From: a virus
Taxonomy: Duplodnaviria; Caudoviricetes
DNA: 64,000 nucleotides
Virus record (IMG/VR): IMGVR_UViG_3300038608_000011
Coordinates: 13,678-77,677 of that record
Direction: 5' to 3' (one strand)
Of the stretch, positions 39,406-46,713 are shown in pieces. Both the position numbers and the translations under genes were made by a program. The notes under the pieces are model-generated. The model searched no databases. It was not told the DNA's origin and was given only the letters and a program-made list of their open reading frames with translations. How positions within the stretch are numbered: the stretch's first letter is position 1; the number at the start of each line of letters is the position of its first letter.

Positions 39406-40139
39406 TTGTATCTCCCGTTGATCTTATCTAATGCTCTGGCATTAACTGCCCCAGCTGATTTGTTCTCATATTCTGTGACAAAAGAGCACATTTCTTTAGA
39501 GTATGTTTTGTTTCCACTGGTTTTTAGGTCTTTATCTAAGTTGTATAATGGACCGCCATTTTTACCTTCCAACCACTTTTCAAAGTTTTCAAGGGCTGGT
39601 AGATCAATGAGGAAACTTGCAAAACAATGCCAGTTTTCAGCCACAAATGCTTCACCGTAATAACCCATATAATCTTTAGGATTATAACAACGCTTCATCA
39701 TATTTGACCAAAGTTGTTTGGCAGGTTTCCAGTAAGAAACTTTATCAAATTCTCCTAGGTATCCGATATTAAGAAAACTACGTTCGTATGGATCACGAAT
39801 TTTACCTTTCTTAATATTCTCAATATAGGCTTCAGTTTCATATCCAGTATTAACAAATCTGACTTTAACTTTACCGCCACGCTTGGCAAATGCAACTAGC
39901 TTGTGGCCTGCATTACTTTCATATTCTGCATGATATGGCTTCCATTCTCCAAGTTTCTTTTTCTTATAAATTGGATCGAGGACTTTACCAGCCACAATAT
40001 TATCTATATAAGCTACCGCTTCATGCCCTGTTTCAAGAAATTTGACTTTGAATTTCTTACCATCAACTCTTTCAATTAACTCAAGAGTACCACTTGTATT
40101 AGTTTCGAACAATTGTCCAGCTTCATATTTCTGATTCAT
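39402..40139 (-). CDS. free-standing HNH homing endonuclease with duplicated N-terminal repeats
   Basis: KVKFLETG/KVRFVNTG repeats; WSNMMKRCY, LDKDL..GNKTYSKEMC; ATGA overlap with terL. Confidence 0.85.
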   Translation of the reverse strand: MNQKYEAGQLFETNTSGTLELIERVDGKKFKVKFLETGHEAVAYIDNIVAGKVLDPIYKKKKLGEWKPYHAEYESNAGHKLVAFAKRGGKVKVRFVNTGYETEAYIENIKKGKIRDPYERSFLNIGYLGEFDKVSYWKPAKQLWSNMMKRCYNPKDYMGYYGEAFVAENWHCFASFLIDLPALENFEKWLEGKNGGPLYNLDKDLKTSGNKTYSKEMCSFVTEYENKSAGAVNARALDKINGRYK

Positions 40140-40161
40140 AGAAATTCTCCTATGCTTTATA

Positions 40162-40371
40162 TTATTTAATAATTGCAATTACAGCTTCAGTGACCCATTC
40201 GGGGATGAAATCAAAATCAACAAGTTCTTCAGACTCTCCAATAATCTTGGTACAGAAACCAGGAGTATCAACCAAATAACAATATGTTTCTTCTTCACCG
40301 TTCGGTTGCACCAAAGAAACAATGAGTTTTCTTGAATTTGCAATCATTTCTTCTATATCTATTTCTTTCAT
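40162..40371 (-). CDS. hypothetical protein
   Basis: ORF with GAGG RBS; start at MKEID. Confidence 0.6.
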   Translation of the reverse strand: MKEIDIEEMIANSRKLIVSLVQPNGEEETYCYLVDTPGFCTKIIGESEELVDFDFIPEWVTEAVIAIIK

Positions 40372-40384
40372 TTTACATCCTCTC

Positions 40385-40500
40385 ACTAGGGGAAACCCTT
40401 TCGGGTATAAAGGTGCACACTATCACACTGAGTAAGCAATGTGAAGCTCTTGCAAAAGCTTTTCATGTGCATAATTTGCCTTTCGGCCAACTTTCTAGAA
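40385..40500 (-). ncRNA. candidate structured RNA leader
   Basis: GCC-GAAA-GGC, ACCC-GAAA-GGGU, AAGCU/AGCUU, CACAUU/AGUGUG, GCACA/UGUGC stems within ~115 nt. Confidence 0.55.
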
Positions 40501-40523
40501 TACTCTCTCAACTCAATAAACAA

Positions 40524-40551
40524 ATTATACCACGGAACTTCCCACTGTCAA
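40524..40551 (-). promoter_or_regulatory. sigma70 promoter for the HNH-terL unit
   Basis: TTGACA-16-TATAAT with TG extension. Confidence 0.8.
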
Positions 40552-40743
40552 GTGTTTATATAGATAAAAGTTATAAATAGTTTACTAAAAAGCTCTAATG
40601 CTCCCTTGTAAGTAAACAAATAAAGCTTTTGATAAGCTAATTAATAATAGATGCCTGCTGCTGTATTCCTGGCAGACGCAAGAAGGAGGAGACGTGACAT
40701 TCCTGTCACAGCGTTACAGCTACGCTTGAGGGAAGAACTTTCC

Positions 40744-40776
40744 AAAGAAAAACACTTGGCAGGAAAAGTCCCAAGT
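40744..40776 (-). terminator. terminator after accessory virion module
   Basis: ACTTGG/CCAAGT stem then gtttttcttt. Confidence 0.6.
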
Positions 40777-40794
40777 CCTCGATTTATACTGTTG

Positions 40795-42603
40795 TTAGGA
40801 GTTAGCTCTTATATCGCCCCAGTACAGACCAGTTAAGAACGCACCATTGTTACCATTGCGCTGCACGGTAATACTCCAACGGCTGTTTTCAGTGTTACGG
40901 ATGCTGAACTCAAACGACAAACGCTCATACGAGCCTGTTATGTTGAACGGAGCAGACGCTGCGTTCACGTATGTACCACCTGTACCGATGCTCTCGATGT
41001 TCAGAGTAGTTGTTCCTGTGATTAACCCAGAGCCGTTAATCTTGATAGCATCTGCATACAGTTGTGTTGGACTACCTGCTGTCGCTCGGGACACTTGCAG
41101 CACTACGCTACTTTCAGCACCTTCGATGCGGAACAGGAACCCACCCAGAGTTATCGGGGCAGATGTCACTACCGTAGCACCATTCATGGTCATACGGCGG
41201 GAGTCGGTCTCGAAGGTGCTTGCTACTGCCGAGCCATGCGAGCCGAGGGAGCGCCAGGTAGCGCCGGTAGCACCATGGGAGAACGCAGTACCAGCAGGAA
41301 TAGCACTGTTCGCTATGAACAACCCACGACCGTACAGAGGGTTACGCACGAGTGCTCCACTGTAGTATGCATCAGCCTGTACCCAATCCGACGCAGGGGC
41401 ACCCCATGCACCACTACCACGTAAGACAGCGGTGTTATCACCTATGGCTGGTTTAGGAACAGCCCCAGAACGTCCGGCTGTTGTAGCTGTAGCTGCATTG
41501 AATGCTGAAAGACTGGCTCCACCATAAAGCCTCTGTGTCCAACTCGATGCATCTGTACCTACAGGACCACCACTGGATGCGGCTGATGTATGGGCTGTTT
41601 CACAAATATACAGCCCAATATTAGCAGAGCCAATTGCAACCAAATCGTTAACAGCATATGCAGTGCTGTTAGCATATACACCACGGAAATTTAGCGGCCC
41701 TGTTGGCTCAGGCTTCCAAGTAGCCCCTGTTGTACCCCAAGCAAAGGCTGTACCTGCTGGGATAGCACCATTAGCTATTACGTTAATACCAAACCAAACT
41801 GACTTAGCTCCAGCGGGGTATTCGTAGGAAGTGTTGTAATCAACAGGGACATTACTATCAGAGAAAACTCTAACAGTAAGTTCACGCCAAGGTTGTGTAG
41901 GCTGTGAAGATGAAGCTCTTACTTTAAAGAAAGAAGCATCTTCTTTTGTAATCTTTACATTAACTACTGCACCAGTTCTTGCATCAAGAGGGTACTTGAA
42001 AGGAACATCGATAATATCCCCAGGAATACAGTTTACATCGAAAGTAAAAGAGCTAATTTCTTTACCGTCTGTATATGATGCAACCCAGCGAGCTTTACCT
42101 GTATAAGTTTCAGCAGATACAATCTTCACACCAAATACAGAAGTGTTTGAAGCAAAAGTTGTTTGGAATGAATAATCAATCTGACCACTTGAGGCTGCTG
42201 TAGCTCCTACTGGTTGTGATGCTATTTTGGCTTGGTATATTCTAGAAGCTGGTTGTACTACTGTAACGCCATCTGTGCTAACACCTTGCCACACAGGGAA
42301 CCAATTGACACCTGTTTCTTCATTCTTGAGGATTACATTTTCACCAGCACTACCAATGCTGTGTATTGCACCTAAGTGCAAACTGCCAACACCAGTCATG
42401 ACAGATTCAGAAACTAGAGTTTGGTCAACATCAGATGTTATGAGTGAAACCCAAACACCATCAACTCTTTTCTGTACTTTAAATTTATCTTCATGAGCTG
42501 TAATACGGATAGAACCGTCTGTTAGAGCATCTCCGACTAAATATTTATCGCTGGGAGATATTCCTGACCCACCAGAACCACCGCCACCATAATGAATTGC
42601 CAT
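40795..42603 (-). CDS. putative virion fibre/appendage protein
   Basis: Gly/Ala/Thr-rich; repeat AIPAGTAF..G.TGATW twice; YAVNDLV CBM-like segment. Confidence 0.65.
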   Translation of the reverse strand: MAIHYGGGGSGGSGISPSDKYLVGDALTDGSIRITAHEDKFKVQKRVDGVWVSLITSDVDQTLVSESVMTGVGSLHLGAIHSIGSAGENVILKNEETGVNWFPVWQGVSTDGVTVVQPASRIYQAKIASQPVGATAASSGQIDYSFQTTFASNTSVFGVKIVSAETYTGKARWVASYTDGKEISSFTFDVNCIPGDIIDVPFKYPLDARTGAVVNVKITKEDASFFKVRASSSQPTQPWRELTVRVFSDSNVPVDYNTSYEYPAGAKSVWFGINVIANGAIPAGTAFAWGTTGATWKPEPTGPLNFRGVYANSTAYAVNDLVAIGSANIGLYICETAHTSAASSGGPVGTDASSWTQRLYGGASLSAFNAATATTAGRSGAVPKPAIGDNTAVLRGSGAWGAPASDWVQADAYYSGALVRNPLYGRGLFIANSAIPAGTAFSHGATGATWRSLGSHGSAVASTFETDSRRMTMNGATVVTSAPITLGGFLFRIEGAESSVVLQVSRATAGSPTQLYADAIKINGSGLITGTTTLNIESIGTGGTYVNAASAPFNITGSYERLSFEFSIRNTENSRWSITVQRNGNNGAFLTGLYWGDIRANS

Positions 42604-42615
42604 GTCTCTTTCTCC

Positions 42616-42888
42616 TTAAGCTGTCTGAACACTTAGTTTGCAGCTAAAAGCAGCAGCTCTTGCAAACAAGCCTGCTTCACCAGCGTCAACTGTAAGTATT
42701 TCTAAAGGAGAAACAACCACACCATCCTCACTTGTGGCAGAAGGTAGGGTGGCTGTAGTTTGGAGAAAGACTGAAAAGTTACCTTTGTTTTGCAAAACTA
42801 CCGATGTTCCTACTGCAATCCCCGTTGCTGTGTAGACGTTAGTATATGCTGTGTTTTGTACTGTAATGTCAGGTATGGTCGTTGCCAT
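42616..42888 (-). CDS. small beta-rich hypothetical (probable virion) protein
   Basis: Resembles N-terminus of 43570-44406. Confidence 0.65.
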   Translation of the reverse strand: MATTIPDITVQNTAYTNVYTATGIAVGTSVVLQNKGNFSVFLQTTATLPSATSEDGVVVSPLEILTVDAGEAGLFARAAAFSCKLSVQTA

Positions 42889-43001
42889 GGAACACCTTTA
42901 TTTTTAATTGTTATGAGGTGTCTTTTTCAAGGTTGCTTTAAGACAGGTAGACTTTCCTGTCTACTTATTAGCTAGCCTTGGTCTAGCGTTTTACTTGTGT
43001 A

Positions 43002-43577
43002 CTAAGCTACGCGCTTGTTAGCGCGTACATACCAACCATTAACTACTACAGTAGCTGCTGCATCAGATTTTATCTTAAACAGGGCTGGATTATTATAGGT
43101 GTTTGTGTCGCCCATATAGATGCTATTAAATTCTATGAATCGTCTTGTACCAGAAGCCTTGAATACTTTCTCTACGGCCCATGGTATTTGATACTCACCG
43201 CCTGTTCCAGCAGCCAAGAATAGAGCAATATCAAAAGCTTGGTTTGCTGTTGTGCTGGTAAGAACCAGATCAAGACGTATATCTACAGTATCACCCAGAG
43301 CAAGGGATGTCCAGTTAAAACGCTGTGTGCCGGTAAACCAAAGATTGGGAACGCCGGGAAGTGAATAAGTGGTATTAGTAAAAGAACCAGCAGCATCATT
43401 TGTAAGATTAACAAATGTGCCGGGGGTTGGAAGGCTGATAGGTGTAGTTGTTGTAGCCAAGTCATTATAATCATATACACCAGCTTGTACCTTATCGTAC
43501 AATTCTGTGTAATTTGAATTATGAAGAGCTGCAATAGAGGACCATAGTCCACTGTTTGGAACTGTCTGTTTAGCCAA
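43002..43577 (-). CDS. beta-rich hypothetical (probable virion) protein
   Basis: 191 aa, operonic with neighbours. Confidence 0.7.
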   Translation of the reverse strand: MAKQTVPNSGLWSSIAALHNSNYTELYDKVQAGVYDYNDLATTTTPISLPTPGTFVNLTNDAAGSFTNTTYSLPGVPNLWFTGTQRFNWTSLALGDTVDIRLDLVLTSTTANQAFDIALFLAAGTGGEYQIPWAVEKVFKASGTRRFIEFNSIYMGDTNTYNNPALFKIKSDAAATVVVNGWYVRANKRVA

Positions 43578-44406
43578 AGGTACTCATCTCCGTAGTAGCG
43601 AATAGTTCTGTAGATGCTGTTAATCCGAAAGAAGATGCCCTTGGACCAATTTCCTCAAACGTCACCGTTAATCTCATAACAGTAGTTACTGCTGAAGTGT
43701 TCTTTACTAGAATGGCCGGTTTTTTATTAAAGCCTGCAACTACATATGGCTCTAAAACACCAACACCTGCCGATATTAACTTACCAACAGGAACAGCATC
43801 TGAAAATAATTGACCCTGTGTTGGGGAAGAATCTACTGACAGTAGATTCATATTGGCAGAAGTAAAGATGCCATCAGCTACACCTGTAGCAAGTGCATCA
43901 TAAACTTCTATAGGAAATCCTGCATTTGTCACAACCTTGTGTACTATAATGTCTGAGGCTGGGCTTAGATTTAGGGCTAGGTAATCTCCAGCATCAACAG
44001 AGAACGTTCCGCTTATCGTATAAGCAAAGCCATTGAACACTGCTGCGCCGATAGATGGCTCAGAGCTTACCTTATACCTACGTTGGTCCTCTACGTTGTT
44101 TGTATAAACATCGTGAGGAAAATCAACACTAGTAAATGGGGTGATTGTCTCTGTTGTAGATTGAACAACAATAGGACCAGTACCACCCCTAATCCAAATA
44201 GGGACATCACTACCTGTAATTAGAATAGTCTTGCCAGCGATTAAAGGAAATTGATCAGATTCAGCAAGAGGGGGTAAAGAAGCTTGTATTAAGAAGGCAG
44301 GGGAAGAACTATTACTTGTTACTAACAGGCTGGTTCCCTGTGGATAGCCAGAAAGAACATAGAGGTTACTGTAAGTAAAAGGACTAGGTATACTAATTAC
44401 TTGCAC
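43570..44406 (-). CDS. beta-rich hypothetical (probable virion) protein
   Basis: 278 aa, GTG start, GAGG RBS, preceded by ACATTACAATAAG motif. Confidence 0.7.
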   Translation of the reverse strand: MQVISIPSPFTYSNLYVLSGYPQGTSLLVTSNSSSPAFLIQASLPPLAESDQFPLIAGKTILITGSDVPIWIRGGTGPIVVQSTTETITPFTSVDFPHDVYTNNVEDQRRYKVSSEPSIGAAVFNGFAYTISGTFSVDAGDYLALNLSPASDIIVHKVVTNAGFPIEVYDALATGVADGIFTSANMNLLSVDSSPTQGQLFSDAVPVGKLISAGVGVLEPYVVAGFNKKPAILVKNTSAVTTVMRLTVTFEEIGPRASSFGLTASTELFATTEMSTFG

Positions 44407-44640
44407 ATAGGCATCCTCTAGGATTTCTTATTGTAATGTCTGATAAACTAGACATAGAGCTTTGGATGTAATGTTTGTTAAACATTAGCTATTTGAATAG
44501 AACACACGACATTTCAGCTCTGATTGCTTGGTGTGGGATGTGTTCTTAAAGATGGTGCTCCGTAAAAACGAATTTGAGCATTGTTAAGAGGCTTGTTTTG
44601 TTCCGAAGGCTTTGTAGAGGATATCACGTCTACTTCTGTA

Positions 44641-44717
44641 TGGTGCCGGAAGGTGAGATTTGCACTCACGGCTTATAACTTACAAGGTTATCCACTTAAC
44701 TACTAGCGTACTCCGGC
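44641..44717 (-). tRNA. tRNA-Thr(UGU), atypical
   Basis: Cloverleaf, anticodon arm ATAAC-CTTGTAA-GTTAT, encoded CCA; T-loop TGCAAAT and one extra nt in 3' acceptor strand. Confidence 0.8.
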
Positions 44718-44734
44718 AAAATAAATAGTTGAAA

Positions 44735-44939
44735 TTGCAGCCACACTTCCTGCCCAATTTACTCTCAGAGACTAAGATTATCTCTGCCTCACCACATTTT
44801 GGTTACGATAACGAGGAACCACTACGGCTAGTTTCTAACCTAGCTTAAGATTTATCAGAATTAACTCTTACGTGCACACTGGCTACAGCCTTGTTAGAGG
44901 AGAGTGCATCACCTATTGCTAGGTTTCTGGTCAGATGCT
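44735..44939 (-). ncRNA. candidate structured RNA upstream of tRNA-Thr
   Basis: At least six stems including ACCUA-GCAA-UAGGU, GCUAG/CUAGC, CAGAGA/UCUCUG, ACUCU/AGAGU. Confidence 0.45.
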
Positions 44940-45068
44940 CTATTTGTTTTTCCGATCTTCTTTAGCTCGTTTCTTCTTAGTAGCTCCAGTACGAGGACGT
45001 GGATGTTGTCCTGTAGCTTTGCTAACATCGAATGGAGTGAACTCTTTTGTTGCGTCGTAGTATTTCAT
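44940..45068 (-). CDS. small basic protein (42 aa)
   Basis: AGGAG RBS; MKYYDATKEFTPFDVSKATGQHPRPRTGATKKKRAKEDRKNK. Confidence 0.65.
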   Translation of the reverse strand: MKYYDATKEFTPFDVSKATGQHPRPRTGATKKKRAKEDRKNK

Positions 45069-45101
45069 ATCTTCTCCTAATGTTTTGTACTTGCATTAGA
45101 G

Positions 45102-45129
45102 ATTATAACACCGAAAGTCTAGAATGCAA
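45102..45129 (-). promoter_or_regulatory. sigma70 promoter (extended -10) for small ORF/tRNA unit
   Basis: TTGCAT-16-TATAAT with TG extension. Confidence 0.7.
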
Positions 45130-45153
45130 GCCCTAATTTGAAATTTATTTCAA

Positions 45154-45507
45154 TTATTTCTTAGAAGAATTATCTACAGTGAGACGAAGAACAGCACCAG
45201 TTGATTGTTCTGGTTCGTCTTCGTCTGCACGAGTCTGACTTTCTTTCTCTACTTTTAGTGTTTCGTTAACAAGCTCGGCTGTTTTGTCTGGGAAATACTT
45301 AGCAGCTTGTAGTCGAGTGTTAGCAGCAGCTTCTTTATCACGCATAATTTCAGCAATCACATCAATTGCTTCAACTACATGTGGTTCAATATAGCGCAAT
45401 AGTGCTGATTTTAGCTTCTGCTGACGAGCAGATGCTTTACTTACTGAGCCTTTTGGTCTTCCGCCTTTGGGATGCCCCGAGGCACTTAAATCTTTTTTAG
45501 TAGTCAT
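45154..45507 (-). CDS. probable terminase small subunit
   Basis: GGRPKGSVSK N-terminus, helical core, size 117 aa. Confidence 0.5.
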   Translation of the reverse strand: MTTKKDLSASGHPKGGRPKGSVSKASARQQKLKSALLRYIEPHVVEAIDVIAEIMRDKEAAANTRLQAAKYFPDKTAELVNETLKVEKESQTRADEDEPEQSTGAVLRLTVDNSSKK

Positions 45508-45558
45508 TTATTGTTTCCAAAATTCTGACGCCAATCTGTGGCGGTGATCTATAATAGT

Positions 45559-45587
45559 ATTATACCAAAAATGTTACAATATAGCAA
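45559..45587 (-). promoter_or_regulatory. sigma70 promoter
   Basis: TTGCTA-17-TATAAT. Confidence 0.7.
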
Positions 45588-45591
45588 ATAC

Positions 45592-45786
45592 TTATTCAGA
45601 ATATTTTTCTGGGACGTAAAAAGGATCAGAATATTGTTCCATCTGATATGACCTAGAATCACAAGCCTCTGGATTCATACCAACATTTCTACAAGTTTTA
45701 CACAAATCCTCCTCAATACCTGGGGCTTGTTCAAACTTAATATCCATCATTGTCATTGGGGTATTGCATGCATAACATCTACTCAT
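45592..45786 (-). CDS. small Zn-ribbon hypothetical protein
   Basis: CYAC...CKTC. Confidence 0.7.
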   Translation of the reverse strand: MSRCYACNTPMTMMDIKFEQAPGIEEDLCKTCRNVGMNPEACDSRSYQMEQYSDPFYVPEKYSE

Positions 45787-45795
45787 ATTTGTTCC

Positions 45796-46023
45796 TTATT
45801 TTAATTTTCTCAGTACATCTTCACGGTAGCTTATATAATCCAAAACCCCTCCAACCCTTTCGCTGTATTTAAGAGGGACTCCTAGCTGGCATGCACCTTT
45901 TACAAACCACACATAATTACTTGTAAAATCATTGTAGTCGGGTACATAACCTTCCATGAATATTTGCTCGGCTTCCTTGAATCCGTACCACCATGTGTTT
46001 GTGCTGTCAGAGATGCATTTCAT
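45796..46023 (-). CDS. hypothetical protein
   Basis: 75-aa ORF in coupled series. Confidence 0.6.
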   Translation of the reverse strand: MKCISDSTNTWWYGFKEAEQIFMEGYVPDYNDFTSNYVWFVKGACQLGVPLKYSERVGGVLDYISYREDVLRKLK

Positions 46024-46234
46024 TATAAACTTCCTTAATAATTGTGGGGTTTACTTTACCCCTTGTCAACCACATCATTCCTCGTAGGAATTCCTCCTCT
46101 GTAATGTCAGGGGGAAGGACCATCAGGCACTTCTTAATAGCGTATATGGTCTCACCTGCGTAGCCATCATCCCACATGCATAATGACTGCTCATAGACGA
46201 CCTTGTACCCGCAAATATAGCCTTCGTGGAACAT
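46007..46234 (-). CDS. hypothetical protein
   Basis: 75-aa ORF in coupled series. Confidence 0.6.
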   Translation of the reverse strand: MFHEGYICGYKVVYEQSLCMWDDGYAGETIYAIKKCLMVLPPDITEEEFLRGMMWLTRGKVNPTIIKEVYNEMHL

Positions 46235-46235
46235 C

Positions 46236-46448
46236 CTACCTTACCTCTAGCTCATTAGTTAGTCTTTCTATGGTTGAATATAGGGCATCAATTTCTGTTT
46301 TGTCAATCAAGGCCAGTTCTTTCTCTAACTCTTGAATCCGCTTACGGGAGTGGGAAAGCTGCTGTTCTTGACTGTATATTAAAGTACGGGCTGCTCTCCA
46401 TTGTTTCTCAGCGCATTGTCTGTCTTCGTGTAAGTCAGGAAGTTTCAT
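46236..46448 (-). CDS. coiled-coil hypothetical protein
   Basis: 70-aa ORF, ATGA coupling. Confidence 0.65.
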   Translation of the reverse strand: MKLPDLHEDRQCAEKQWRAARTLIYSQEQQLSHSRKRIQELEKELALIDKTEIDALYSTIERLTNELEVR

Positions 46449-46609
46449 TTAACTTCCCACTCATCTACCCAATAATACGTGTGCAAGGGGTCAAAGCAAT
46501 TCTTTGTCATGTTACCTTTATACAATTCTGCCAAGTACTTGTTTTGGAATATCTCATGAATACAGACATCCCCATAATACTCTTTCATCACAACAAATAC
46601 TGTTTTCAT
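46445..46609 (-). CDS. small hypothetical protein (54 aa)
   Basis: ATGA overlaps at both ends; MKTVFVVMKEYYGDVCIHEIFQNK...WVDEWEVK. Confidence 0.6.
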   Translation of the reverse strand: MKTVFVVMKEYYGDVCIHEIFQNKYLAELYKGNMTKNCFDPLHTYYWVDEWEVK

Positions 46610-46713
46610 TTCTTATCCACCTTACAGAATGTTGTATCGCCCAACACCGTCTTCCAAGCATTAATCATTGCTTCATACAAATCCTGTTCAGCTGACTCTT
46701 TAAGGCGCTTCAT
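46606..46713 (-). CDS. small hypothetical protein (35 aa)
   Basis: ATGA overlaps at both ends. Confidence 0.5.
   Translation of the reverse strand: MKRLKESAEQDLYEAMINAWKTVLGDTTFCKVDKK

Noticed and set aside
15662-42975. Many plus-strand ORFs opposite the structural genes (for example 15662-15976, 33080-33622, 40847-41365)
   Set aside because: Antisense shadows of codon-biased genes, with no RBS or recognisable domains.
44553-44580. Second tRNA gene
   Set aside because: Only an acceptor-like stem and CCA, with no D, anticodon or T arm; kept as a remnant in findings.
46445-46609. Suspected frameshifted gene
   Set aside because: Recounting the G run shows one intact 54-aa ORF.
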